From NCBI GenBank assembly GCA_963758635.1, contig CAVWWD010000001.1, forward strand, positions 1 to 64,000: DNA of 64,000 nucleotides, given 5' to 3'. The position numbers were made by a program, and so were the translations under genes. This document shows positions 31,454 to 42,473 of this stretch, in pieces. The stretch is from an uncultured Candidatus Rokubacteria bacterium (GTDB lineage Bacteria > Methylomirabilota > Methylomirabilia > Rokubacteriales > CSP1-6). Position 1 is the stretch's first letter. Every line of letters starts with the position of its first letter. Under the pieces are notes generated by a model. That model was not told where the DNA came from. It saw only the letters and a program-made list of their open reading frames with translations, and made no database searches.

Positions 31454-32870
31454 ATGCGATATCGGGGCCGTGCAGGAGCGCTCATCGTCGTCGTCGCTGC
31501 CCTGCTGACGCTCGCGGCCTGGGCGCCGGCCGCCTCGTCCTCGGCCACGGCGGCGGAGCTGCCCAGGAACATCATCATCATGTTCGCCGATGGGGCGGCG
31601 TCGACCCAGTTCGACTTCGGACGGTACTCGAGCAAGGTGCTCCGCCAGCAGCCGTTCGCCACGACCGACGTCGTGCTCCGCCAGGGCGTGGTGGGGCTGC
31701 TGGCCACGAGCCCGGTCGACGCCTACGTCCCCGACTCGGCGTCCGCGGCGTCCGCGATGTCCATCGGGGTCAAGGTCAAGAACGGGGCGATCTCGATCAC
31801 GCCCGACGGCGCGTCGCCACCGACGGTCATGGAGGCGGCGAAGGCCGCGGGCAAGCGCATCGGGCTGGTGACGACGGCCGCCGTCTATGACGCGACGCCG
31901 GCGGCGTTCGCCTTGCACACCCTGTCGCGCCGCGATTCGCAGGCGCTGGTGGATCAGCTCCTCGCGCTGGAACCCGAGGTCCTGATGGGAGGTGGCGCCG
32001 ACTACTTCCTGCCCGCGACCGTTCCCGGCGGCAAGCGAAAGGACGGCCGGGACGTCGTCGCCATGTTTCGCGCCCGGGGGTACGCGGTGGCGAGAAATCC
32101 CGCCGAGCTGACGCGCCGCGTCGGGCGCGAGGCTCCTCGCGCTGTTCGCCGAAGACGACATGGATTTCGAGATCGAGCGCGATCCGGCCCGGGAGCCCAC
32201 CACCGCCGAGATGGCCACGGCCGCCCTGAAGACGCTCGCCCGGCAGGCCCCGAACGGATTCGTGCTGCTGGTCGAGAACGAGAACATCGATACCGCGGCC
32301 CATCACAACGACGCCGCCTCCCTGATGCGGGCGCTGTGGGCGTTCGACGACGCGGTGAAGGTCGCGCTCGAGTTCCAGCGCCAGCACCCCGACACGCTGG
32401 TGATCGTCACGGGAGACCACGAGACGGGCGGATTCTCGCCGACCTACGCCCTGAAGGACCTGAGCGCGGTCTCGGCGAGCAATCGCTTCTACGCCGGCGA
32501 CGAGCACCTGCGGATGCTCGGGCGCATCACCCTGTCGTTCAACGGCGTGAAGGAGAAGCTCGGCAAGCAGCCCTCCGGCGCCGTGCTGGACCAGGTGCTG
32601 GCCCAGCATTTCCCCGGCTTCCGGCTCGATCCGGACCTTCGCGAGCTGATCCTCGGGGGTAAGATCGACGAGCGCAACTTCTCCTACTCACCCCAGAGCG
32701 CGCTCGGGCGCATGGTCGCGCGCCAGACCGGCTACTACTGGGGCACGTCCGGGCATACCCCACAGCCGGTGCTCGTCGGAGCGATCGGGCCCGGAGCGGC
32801 GCTGTTCCATGGCTATCAGGACAACACGGATTTCGCCAAGCACCTGCACCAGCTGATCCGCGGCAAGTGA
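31454..32870 (+). CDS. phoA: Alkaline phosphatase (frameshift near 32120)
   Basis: Signal peptide, NIIIMFADG, DSASAASA (Ser nucleophile), ATPAAF, ID.AAH.ND, GDHETGG, GHT, DNTD. Confidence 0.88.
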
Positions 32871-32934
32871 CCACGGATCCTCGCGGACCCCGCGAGCCCG
32901 GCCGCGGCGAACCCAGGATCGGAAGGCGACTCCC

Positions 32935-34269
32935 ATGAGCGACATGCGGCGGCAGATGCACCTCGGGGTGTTCGTCCTCGGCACCGGCAACCACTCCGCG
33001 GGGTGGCGGTACGAGGGCGCGGCGACCAGCAACAACGACCTCTCGGTGATCCAGGCGATCGCGCAGCACGCCGAGCGCGGGAAGTTCGACCTGCTGTTCG
33101 TGTCCGACGGCCTGGTCATGGACCCGGGCGACCACCCGTCGTTTCTGTGCCGCTTCGAGCCGACCACGCTGGTCTCGGCGCTGAGCGCCTCGACGCGCCA
33201 CATCGGCCTCGGCGCCACGGTCTCGACCAGCTTCGGGCAGCCCTACCACGTGGCCCGGACCTTCGCCTCTCTCGACCACATCAGCGGGGGCCGGGCGGCG
33301 TGGAACGTGGTGACGAGCTCGGCCGGCCGCGCCGCGCTGAACTTCAGCCGCGAGACGCACATGGAGCACGACCTGCGCTACGAGGTCGCGCAGGAGTTCG
33401 TCAACGTCGTGAAGGGGTTGTGGGACTGCTGGGACGACGGCGCCGTCGTGGCCGACAAGGTCACGGGGCAGTTCCTCGATGCCACGAAGGTGCGCCCACT
33501 GAACCATCGCGGGCGCTTCTTCCAGGTGAAGGGCCCGATCAACACCGCGCGCTGTCCGCAGGGCCATCCCGTGATCATCCAGGCCGGCGGATCGGAAGCG
33601 GGGCTCGAGCTGGCCGCTCGCACCGCCGATGTGGTGTTCTCGGTCGTGCAGGAGCTGGGAAGCGCCAAGGCCGCGTATCGAGACCTCAAGGCCCGCCTGG
33701 CGAAGTACGGCCGCCGGCCCGATCAGGTGACGATCCTGCCCGGCGTGATGCCCATCATCGGGACGAGCGACGCGGAGGCGAGGGAGAAGCTGTCGCGGCT
33801 CCAGAGCTGGCTCACCCCGACCAACGCCCTGACCCTCGTCACGAGCCGGATCGGGTACGACGTCACCGGCTTCCCGCTCGATGGCCCCGTCCCGGCGCCG
33901 CCGCCGGGGGAGGGCAGCCATGCGTTCTCACGTGTGCTGTACGAGACCGCCCGGCGCGAGAACATGACGCTGCGCGACCTCTACAACCTCACCGCGGCCG
34001 CCCGCGGGCACTGGGTGCTCTGCGGCAGCCCGAAGCGCATCGCCGACACGCTCGAGGAGTGGTTCGTCGAGGAAGCCGCGGACGGCTTCAACGTGCTCCC
34101 TCCGTACTTTCCCGGGGCGCTCGCCGACTTCGTCGACCTGGTCGTGCCCGAGCTGCAGGCGCGCGGACTGTTCCGGCGCGAGTACCAGGGGACGACGCTG
34201 CGCGATCATTTCGGGCTGCCCCGCGTGCCCGCGCCGGGTGGGGCGGCGCCTGCGTTCGACCGAACCTGA
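32935..34269 (+). CDS. NtaA/DszA/SnaA family FMN-dependent monooxygenase (LLM class)
   Basis: MHLG, AERGKFD, FEP.TL, ASLDHISGGRAAWNVVTS, PQGHPVIIQAG.S, VPELQ.RG. Confidence 0.92.
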   Translation: MSDMRRQMHLGVFVLGTGNHSAGWRYEGAATSNNDLSVIQAIAQHAERGKFDLLFVSDGLVMDPGDHPSFLCRFEPTTLVSALSASTRHIGLGATVSTSFGQPYHVARTFASLDHISGGRAAWNVVTSSAGRAALNFSRETHMEHDLRYEVAQEFVNVVKGLWDCWDDGAVVADKVTGQFLDATKVRPLNHRGRFFQVKGPINTARCPQGHPVIIQAGGSEAGLELAARTADVVFSVVQELGSAKAAYRDLKARLAKYGRRPDQVTILPGVMPIIGTSDAEAREKLSRLQSWLTPTNALTLVTSRIGYDVTGFPLDGPVPAPPPGEGSHAFSRVLYETARRENMTLRDLYNLTAAARGHWVLCGSPKRIADTLEEWFVEEAADGFNVLPPYFPGALADFVDLVVPELQARGLFRREYQGTTLRDHFGLPRVPAPGGAAPAFDRT

Positions 34270-34282
34270 GCCGCGCCTCGCG

Positions 34283-34729
34283 TCAGCACCCCATCCAGCG
34301 GACGGGAACGACGAAGCTGACGACGCCCTTGTCGAGCGTCTGGTGGTTCGCGTTCACGAGCTCGATCAAGACCTTGTGCGGCCCCGGGAGAAGACAGTTG
34401 ATGGTGAGCGGCTCGCCGCTGGAGTCCAACCAGCGGAACGGTCCATCATCCACCGTCACGTGAATGTGTCCGATGCGCGGCGACACATCGAGCGCGTTCG
34501 GGCCGAACACCGGCACGATGCGTAAGTTCTCGGCGCGATACTGGATGACGACGCGGCCCTGCGCGAGCCAATCCGCGAGCGGCGCGTCGATGACGATCCT
34601 CGGCGGGGGCTCGGTGGCGAGCGGCACGACGGCGGCGGGTCCACGGATGTCCCTCGCGGTCTGCGCGATCGAGCCCGATGCGTACAGGACGGCGGCCACT
34701 CCGATCACGCCGATGAATGCCTTCCTCAT
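34283..34729 (-). CDS. Secreted DUF6130-like protein
   Basis: Signal peptide; IQYRAENLRIVPVFG..ALDVSPRIGHIHVTVDD, PGPHKVLIEL. Confidence 0.75.
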   Translation of the reverse strand: MRKAFIGVIGVAAVLYASGSIAQTARDIRGPAAVVPLATEPPPRIVIDAPLADWLAQGRVVIQYRAENLRIVPVFGPNALDVSPRIGHIHVTVDDGPFRWLDSSGEPLTINCLLPGPHKVLIELVNANHQTLDKGVVSFVVPVRWMGC

Positions 34730-34867
34730 GACACACCTCCTGCGCAGCGCCTGGACCATTCGATCGTGCCGCGAGTTCCGTTGGTGAGCCAGTAGACCGT
34801 GATGCCGCCGAGCACTCCTTCCGCGTGCGTGCGCGCTCGGGGATGGCGGGCAAGCTCGATCGCCGAC

Positions 34868-35768
34868 CTAGTAGAGGATGGGCCCCGAGGGCAGGTAGAG
34901 CTCGGGCCGGCCGAACAGGCGCGAGGCCATGAAGAGGGTCGGGTCGCCGATGCGGAACCCGCAGCCGACCATCGCATGCAGCAGGGACGCGCAGGCGCCG
35001 GGGACGCGCGCCGTCACGGTTCCCCCCTCGGCCGCGCCGGCCGCCGCTGCCGCGGCCACCGCCCGGAGGAACGACGGTCTCGTCGCGCCCGGCCGCCGGC
35101 CCGATCCGATTCCCGCGCCGGTAGGCGAAGGCCACGGGCTCGCCGCCGCGCTCGATCGCTACCGCCGCGCCGCCGTCGTTCCGCCAGTGAGCCAGGTCGT
35201 CGGCTCTGGGGTTGCCGAAGGCCTCGGCGGTCAGCCTCTCGGCCGTGCCGGGATGGCACGGTGCCTCCTGCGCCTGCGGGTCGAGCCCGGCCCGCGCCGT
35301 CAGTCGCGCCACCGCCGCGGTATCCCCATCCAGGCGGTAGATCGGCCAGCGGGGGGCCATGCCGGCCATCACGTAGCGGGCCTGGGCCCGTGGGTCGAGC
35401 GTGGCCCAGGTGAAGCGAATCTCCGCCCCGCGCGCCTCGCCGTAGGCCAGCGCCGGTTCGAGCAGCGCCCGCCCCAGGCCACGACTCTGGTCGCCGGGGA
35501 GCACGAACAGCATGGACAGGTACCAGACGCGGCCGCGGACCAGGGCCGAGACCATGCCGCGGATCCGCCCATCCTCGACGGCGCAGAAGTAGCCGTCCGG
35601 GTCGCTCGCCAGTCCCGCTCGGGCATCGCTCGCCACCGGGGCATCGGCCGGCCTCGCCGCCGTCCGGCCTCTCCGCTCCATGAGGTCGTTGCTCGCGGCG
35701 ACGTGCACGCGCCAGACCTCCTCGAGGTCGTCGGGCCGGACCTTGCGGACGTGCGGCTCGCCGCTCAC
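34868..35768 (-). CDS. GNAT family N-acetyltransferase (frameshift near 35065)
   Basis: LSMLFVLPGDQSRGLGRALL acetyl-CoA motif A; second domain IGPAA...GF, YLP. Confidence 0.8.
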
Positions 35769-35814
35769 GGGAGGATCATACAGCGCCCGCTTGCCGAGGT
35801 GGACCGCTGGCGCG

Positions 35815-36657
35815 TCAGTGGCGACGCGCACCCGGCACGCAGAGCCCGCGTACGACGAGGAGCCCGAGCGGCGCTATGTAGCTGCCGCCGCGCTCGACAA
35901 ACTCCCACACGGGCTCGCCGGCGAGCGGTCGTGTCAGTTCGGTCGCGACCTTCCACACGAGGGCGAGGACGAGCAGCGGGGGAGCCGGCCAAGCGAGCAC
36001 GGCGAGGCCGAGGACGAGCTCAAGCCATCCCGCGAGCGGCGTGAGCGGGGACGCGGCGAGCGTGTCGGCCGGTATGCCGACGGCGGCAGCGTAGCCGCTC
36101 CAGTCCTTGTGCATGGCGAAGTCGAAGCCGCCGTGACCGATCAGGAGGAGCGCCGTGGTCATCCGGAGCGTCCACGCGATCGCTATCGCGCGCTCCGGGG
36201 TGAGCGGCGGCGCTGGGCGCGGCGAGAACCAGTCCCGGAGTGATCGCCCGACGCCGAGGAGCAGCAGGAAGGCGAGGGGAACGCCGTAGTTGCCCGCGCG
36301 TTCCAGCAATTCCCACACGCCCTGTCCGGCGAGCGGGCGAAGGCACGCCGTCTGGAATCCCCAGAACGCCGCATAGAGAACGACGGCCTGGATCGGTTGC
36401 GCCGAGCGTGAGCGTGCCTACGGCGATGTCGACCGTGCCGACCGCCGGCATGAGCCGCCACGCCCAGGGCTCCGGGATGCCCCAGACCGCGAAGACGGCA
36501 CCCATGCCGCCTTGGTCACGATGCCGAAGGCGCCGTGACCGATGAAGCAGGCGGCGACACCCACGCGTAGCACCCAGTGAAGCAGCGTCGCGCGCGCGCG
36601 GCCGGCCTCGACGGCGAGGGGAGAGTCGGCGGTACGCGCGCTACTCGGCGCCGTCAC
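35815..36657 (-). CDS. Internally duplicated DoxX-like membrane protein (frameshifts near 36500 and 36395)
   Basis: Two repeats of LR..(F/L)IGHG.F...W...GI...RPLAG..VWE..ER.G.Y..PL; start overlaps the end of PAP2 copy 2. Confidence 0.7.
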
Positions 36658-38037
36658 GCTTCGCGCGCTCTAGAACCGCTGCCCCCACCCGGCGCCCGAT
36701 CTCCCAGCCGGCCTCGATGTCGCTCCGGAAGTGGATGCCGGCCCAGAGGCGCGACTCCCGAACTCCTGCGCCTAGCCCGATGTAGCGACTGGCCTCTCTC
36801 GGGAACAGGTGGCCGAGCACGACGGCGGGCGCCATCCCGAGCGTCGCGGCGTTCGACACGTAGGAGGGGAAGTTGGGTGTCGGAACCACCGTGACGAGGT
36901 CGGGTCGAACTGGTTGGGCGCGCCGTCCAGTAGTGGAACTTCGAGTCCTGGGACGCGATCCACCCGTCGTAGTGGGCGACGTGCACGAGCGCATACGCGC
37001 GCGCGGCGCGCGGCGGGTTCCGGTCCAGGCCCGAGCTCGGCGAGCCGGCGACCGACCTCGTCGCTCAGCCGGTTGATGTAGGGCCGGTCCGCCATTCTGT
37101 CCGAACTGCCAGTAGAACGCCTTGCCATTCGTGACCGGCGTGCGCTTGAAGTTCTTCACCTCGGCCAGCTCGGCCGCGCGCTGAGCGAGAGTCGGCGGCC
37201 GGGGGCGGGCCAGGCCGGAGCTGGTGCGCCGCGGTGAGGACGAACGGTTTCCACTGCACGTCCTCGACGCCACCGGGCTGGTCCCCGTCCAGAGCCCGGG
37301 ACCGACCGGCACCGTTCCCGCCCATTTCGTCCCGTCCGCCTTGAGGTGCTCGAGCACGCGGGCGGCGACCGCTCGGCCCAGATCGAGCCCGGCCCGCGTG
37401 TCGCTCGGGAATACACGACGCCGGCCATCACGCGGCTTCGCGCGGCTCCCTCGGCCGCCTCGGCGAAGCGCTGGGAGTCCTTCGGGAAGAGGTGAGAGAG
37501 GACGGCGGCCGCCGCCCCCGCTGCGACCGAGTGCTCACACGGATAAGACGGGCTCCGCGGCGTGGGGATGGCGCTTCCGAGCTGCGGATCCGCGACGCCC
37601 GGCCGCCGCCGGTTGTGCGCGTACTTCGAGTCCCAGGCGGCGATCATTGCGTCGTGGATCGCTACGTTGAGCATGGCCAGGGCCCGGATCCCGCCGGCGC
37701 CTCCCAGACCGAAGTTCTGCGCCGCGACGTCCGCGAACAGCTCGTTCCAGCGATGCGACGGTGACCAGAAGTCCCAGTGCCGGATGCGCTCCAGCGTGGC
37801 GGCGTCGCGTTGTCGCGCGAGTGTCCGGAGCTCCTGGAGCTCGCTCGCGGTCGCCTGGGCATCGGGCGGCGCCGGCAGCCGCAGCGCGCTGCCCGAGGCG
37901 AGCACCCACGTCTTCCAGGCGCCCGCCCTCGGCTCGGCGGGATCGATGGTCGCTTGAGCTTCAGCGCCGGATGCGAGGGCGAACCACAGGACACTCCAGA
38001 GCAGCGTGCCGAGCCACGTTCCCTTCGTCGATGGCAT
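36641..38037 (-). CDS. Secreted tandem-domain PAP2/vanadium haloperoxidase-like protein (copy 2; several frameshifts)
   Basis: EPRAGAWKTWVLASG shared with copy 1; SKYAHNRRRP/YPCEH/SRVMAGV and SKFHYWTARP/SYVSNA/SRLWAGIHFRSD. Confidence 0.82.
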
Positions 38038-38177
38038 GCGTCGTCCTCCTCGTGATTGAGTGGACCAGGCGGCTCACGCGCGTCTTCCCTGCAGGGTCAG
38101 GAGATCCGAAGCACGCCGGCCGGGCACGTATAATCTCCGTACGGGCGGGGTATGACGTTCGCTTCAGGAGCCCCGTG

Positions 38178-41136
38178 ATGGATGTGCTGTTCCCTCCCTT
38201 TCGGCTGGACATGGCGGGCCTGCGCCTGTGGCGGGGCGAACGCGAGGTCCGGCTGCGCCCCAAGACGCTTGCGGTCCTGCGGTACCTGGCGGAGCGCCCG
38301 GGTCATCTCGTGTCCACCGCCGAGCTGCTGAGCGCCGTCTGGCCCGGTGTGGCGGTCACCGACGTCACGCCCAGGCTCTGCGTGCGCGAGCTGCGGAGCG
38401 CCCTCGGCGACGACGCAAAGGCCCCCCGCTTCATCGAGACGCGACCGGGCCGCGGCTACCAGTTCGTGGCCCCCGTGGTGCCCCTCACGACGCCACCCGC
38501 CCGCGAGGGGCGATGCGACGCCGACCCGGCTCGTGAACGGAGGCCGTTGGTCGGCCGCCGCGCCGAGCTCGACCAGCTCGGCGCCGCGCTGAGCGGCGCG
38601 CGAAACGGCGAGCGCCAGGTGATCCTCGTCTGCGGGGAGCCGGGGATCGGCAAGACGAGCCTGGTCGATGCCTTCGTCTCCGGCCTGGGCGCGCCCGACA
38701 CCGCGTGGGCCAGGGGCGAGTGTGTCGAGCAGTACGGCGCCGCCGAGCCGTACCTGCCGATCCTCGCGGCGCTGGAGCGTCTGGCCGGAGATGTCGGCTC
38801 CGCGGCGCTCGTCGACTCGATGCGCCGGACCGCTCCCGACTGGCTGGCCGAGCTGCCCTCCCTGACCGAGCCGGCCGAGCACGCGACCCTGGTGCAGCAG
38901 CTCAACGGGTCGACCTCACGATCGATGCTGCGCCAGCTCGCGACCTTGCTCGAGGCGCTCGCCGCGCAGCGGATGCTCGTGCTGTGGCTTGAGGATCTCC
39001 ACTGGGCCGATCGGCCGACCCTGGAGGCGATCGACGTTGTCGCCCGACGCTCCGACCGGGCGCGGCTGCTGCTGCTGGGAACGTACCGTCCCACCGAGTT
39101 GCCGGCGTCGGACGCCCCGCTGGCGCGGCTCGCCGGCGAGCTCGCGCTGCACGGATACGGCCGCGTCATGACGCTCGGTCGGCTGCCAGAGCCGGCGGTC
39201 GGCGAGTACCTTGCGACGCGACTGGCCGCGCGTCCCGTCTCGGCCGGCCTCGTGCGCCACGTCCATCGCCGGAGCGACGGCAATCCGCTGTTCATGATCA
39301 CGGTCGCCGATGACCTCGTGGGCCGGGCCCTCGTCGTCGAGCGCGAAGGGGTGTGGAGTCTCGAGGCCGCGGGCGCTCACCGACGGGGACGTGCCGGACG
39401 CCCTGCGGCGGCTCATCGAGCAGCAAGCGCTGCGTCTGGGGCCGGAGGATCAGCGCCTGCTGGAGGTTGCCAGCGTGGTCGGGGTCGAGTTCTCGGCCGC
39501 CGCCGTCGCCGCCCCGCTCGGGGAGGATCAGGCCGTCGTCGAGGAGCGGTGCGCGCGTCTCGTGCGGCTCGGCCGGTTCCTCGTGTCCAGAGGAGGGATC
39601 GACTGGCCGGACGGCACGACGGCGGCCGCGTACGGGTTCGTCCACGCTTTCCACCACGAGGTGATCTACGAGAGCCTTCCCGCCGGTCACCGCCGCCAGC
39701 TCCACGAGCAGATCGCCGGGCGGCTGGAGCGCGCGTTCGCCGGGCGACCGCGGGAGGCCGCCGCCGAGCTGGCCATGCATTTCGAACGCGCCCGTGATGC
39801 GCGGCGGGCGGTTCGTTATCACCGCCTGGCCGGCGAGGTGGCGCTGGGGCGCGCGGCGAACGCCGAGGCCATCGCGCAGCTGTCGAGCGGTCTGGACGCG
39901 CTGGAGGCGGTCCCGCAGGGCGTGGAGCGTTCGCGGCTGGAGCTCGGGCTGCGCTTCGCGCTCGGACCGGCCTGGATCGTGAGCCGGGGCTACGCCGCCC
40001 CGGAGGTCGAGCGCACGTACGCTCGAGCGCTGGAGCTGGCGCGTCGCCTGCGTGACGCGCGCGCCGTGACGCGGGCCCTCCGAGGCCTCTGGAACGTCCA
40101 CCTCATCCGGGCCGATCTGGCTCGAGCGCGCAAGCTGGCGACCGAGCTCCTGACCAGGGCGAGAGCCTCGAGGGACGGCGGCGCGCTCGGCGTCGCGCAC
40201 GCGGCGCTCGCAGAGACGCTGTTCCACGCCGGTGACCTGGCGGCGGCGCGCGTGAAGCTCGGCCGCGCCCTGGCGGCGTTTGGCCCTCGCGTGCCGTCGG
40301 TGCGCACGAGCCAGCGGCCTCGCGTGGCCGCCTACGCGGCGTGGGCGATGTGGCTGGCCGGCTACCCGGACCAGGCGCGCCGACTCTGCTGGGAGGGCAT
40401 CGCCGAGGCCCGGGCGCTCGCGCGCCCGCACAGCCACGCCTTCGCGGTCGGCTACGCGTCCTTCGTCTACCTGAACTGCGGCGACGTGTCCCGCGTGGCC
40501 GAGCTCGTCGAGGAGCTCGTGGCCGTCTGCCGGGACCACGACATCCCCTGGTGGCAGAGCGTCGCCGATGCGCAGGAGGGCTGGGTCCTGGCGCGGCGCG
40601 GGCAGGGCAAGGAAGGAACCCTCCGCATACGCAGGGCGATCGCCGCCCACCATGAGATGGGATCGCGGCTCGGCGCGACGAACTTCCTGACGGTGCTGGC
40701 CGAGATCTACCGCGAGACCGGGAAGACCGACGCGGGGTTGCAGGCCGTCGAGGAGGCGCTGGCCCTGGCGGCGAGCACCGGCGACCGGGTCTGCGAGCCC
40801 GACATGCACCGCGTCCGCGGCGAGCTGCTCCTGCAGCGCGACGCAGGGGGCGGCATCGGCGAGCGCGCTCGGATCGACGCGGAGCGCTGCCTGCGCCGGG
40901 CGATCGGGCTCGCGCGACGACGTTCGGCACGCGGCCAGGAGCTGCGCGCGGCGAGCCGCTTGGCCCGGCTGTGGCAGTCGCGCGGCGAGCGAGAACGGGC
41001 GCGCCGCCTGCTGGCGCCCCTCTGCCGGTGGTTCACCGAGGGTGCCGACACCCCTGACGTCCGGGCCGCTCGGCAGGTGCTGGAAGAGCTGGCGACGCCT
41101 CAGAGGGCACGAGCGCTGCCGCGCCCTCACCGGGCG
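38178..41136 (+). CDS. Winged-helix + AAA/STAND ATPase + TPR regulator (copy 2; frameshift near 39370; 3' end uncertain)
   Basis: LRPKT.AVL.YL, ELRSALGDD..PRFIET, GEPGIGKT, LEDLHWAD, DGNPLF, ELRAA..LARLW, WFTEG.DT.D. TATAAT at 38129. The frame stays open to 41673. Confidence 0.85.
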
Positions 41137-42132
41137 TCAGGCCAGGCGGATCACGTAGAGCATGCTCCCGCTGTCCTTGCTCGACAGAAACCCGTCCGGG
41201 CTCGTCACGGTGTCGTCCAGCGGCTCCACGCTCTGGCGCACCGTGCGCCGCGCCCGGAACGGCGCGAAGTGCACGCGGGCGCCGCCGAGCGCCTCGCAGG
41301 CCGCTCCGGTCCACTGGTTGGTCGCCTCGATCACCACGAACGCGTCGCCGAGCATCTGGTAGCGCGCCGCCGTGGCGGCGACCAGCTCGAACGCGTCGGA
41401 CTTCGAGAGCGCATCGGATCGCGCCACCATGAAGTGATGGCCGACCTTGCCCGCCGCGTGCGCCTCCCGGAACTCCGGATACGCGACGGACAGCGCCTTC
41501 AGCGCCTCCGCGTCCTGTGCGCCGAGCAGCGCGAAGACCGGCTCCACGAACTCGAGGACGGCATCGAGGAAGGGGTCGCCGAGGCGAAAGGCCGGCGGCC
41601 CGGCGAGCGCTGGCATCGTCTCGTTCAGCGCGCCGCCGATCACCTCCCCGGTGTCGTCGAGGATCGCGAGTGACTGGGCCAGGGCCTCGGGGTGGACCGT
41701 GATGGCGGACCGTGGGCTGGTCGGGTCGGTGAGGATGAGCAGGCGAATGAACCAGAACAGGAGCCGCTCCCTGTCCCAGGGCCCGAACCGGGACGTGCCG
41801 AAGGGATCGATGTGCACCGCCTCCAGGAGCCCAGGCGGCGGGACGCGCGCGGGCCGGAGGTGCCGGCACTGGGGCTCGCGGCGGGCGAAGGAGGTTCCCA
41901 CCACCTCGGCCAGTCGCAGGATCTGCGCCGGTGTCAGTCGCGCGGCCGGGACCGCCGTGTATCGGAAGCTTCGATGGGGTCGCGCCCGCTCGAGATCGAC
42001 GAGCGGCAGGATCGGGGGCAGGAGCTGCACTCCGTGCTGGACGACGTCCGCCGCCGTCGGATAGGAGCAGTGGGGCAGCGGACGTGGGTCAGTGCCAACC
42101 GGCTTCTCGGCGATCGTGGTACGGGTAGCCAT
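41137..42132 (-). CDS. Hypothetical protein, probable divergent GNAT resembling insect arylalkylamine N-acetyltransferases
   Basis: GGAGG RBS and coding-like sequence; motifs F..REP, SLAILDDTGEVIGGALN, IEATN..T..ACEALG. Confidence 0.6.
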   Translation of the reverse strand: MATRTTIAEKPVGTDPRPLPHCSYPTAADVVQHGVQLLPPILPLVDLERARPHRSFRYTAVPAARLTPAQILRLAEVVGTSFARREPQCRHLRPARVPPPGLLEAVHIDPFGTSRFGPWDRERLLFWFIRLLILTDPTSPRSAITVHPEALAQSLAILDDTGEVIGGALNETMPALAGPPAFRLGDPFLDAVLEFVEPVFALLGAQDAEALKALSVAYPEFREAHAAGKVGHHFMVARSDALSKSDAFELVAATAARYQMLGDAFVVIEATNQWTGAACEALGGARVHFAPFRARRTVRQSVEPLDDTVTSPDGFLSSKDSGSMLYVIRLA

Positions 42133-42180
42133 GGACGGTCCTCCCTGGAGGTCACGACCTCCGAACGGTGCAAAGGAGGA

Positions 42181-42196
42181 GCATCGGCCGTGCCAA
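42181..42196 (-). promoter_or_regulatory. Sigma54 (-24/-12) promoter
   Basis: TTGGCACGGCCGATGC, correct GG/GC spacing, about 50 nt upstream of the start at 42132. Confidence 0.7.
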
Positions 42197-42366
42197 GGGG
42201 GCGTGGGCTCCGAGAAGGTCCGATGCGGCGCTCGCTTCGCTGCGCACGGCGGGAAGCCCTCGGGTCGGGCCTCGGGCAGGGTTCCACCGTGTTCGGGCGG
42301 CGCGCCTGCGCCCTGCGCTGCACCGCCGGCGTGAGCTTCGGTGCTCGGCTGGATCTCCACGCCAAC

Positions 42367-42397
42367 CGTCGATCCAGGCCGCGCCCGTTCGACTACG
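42367..42397 (+). promoter_or_regulatory. ECF sigma (ECF42-like) promoter motif, second copy
   Basis: CGTCGAT-N13-GTTCGACTACG upstream of an SRPBCC gene. Confidence 0.6.
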
Positions 42398-42473
42398 TGA
42401 TGAGGGCGGGCGCCGGATGCAGCGCCGGGCCGGCCCGAGAAGAAGGCCAACTCTGACACCGGGAGATTTCGAC

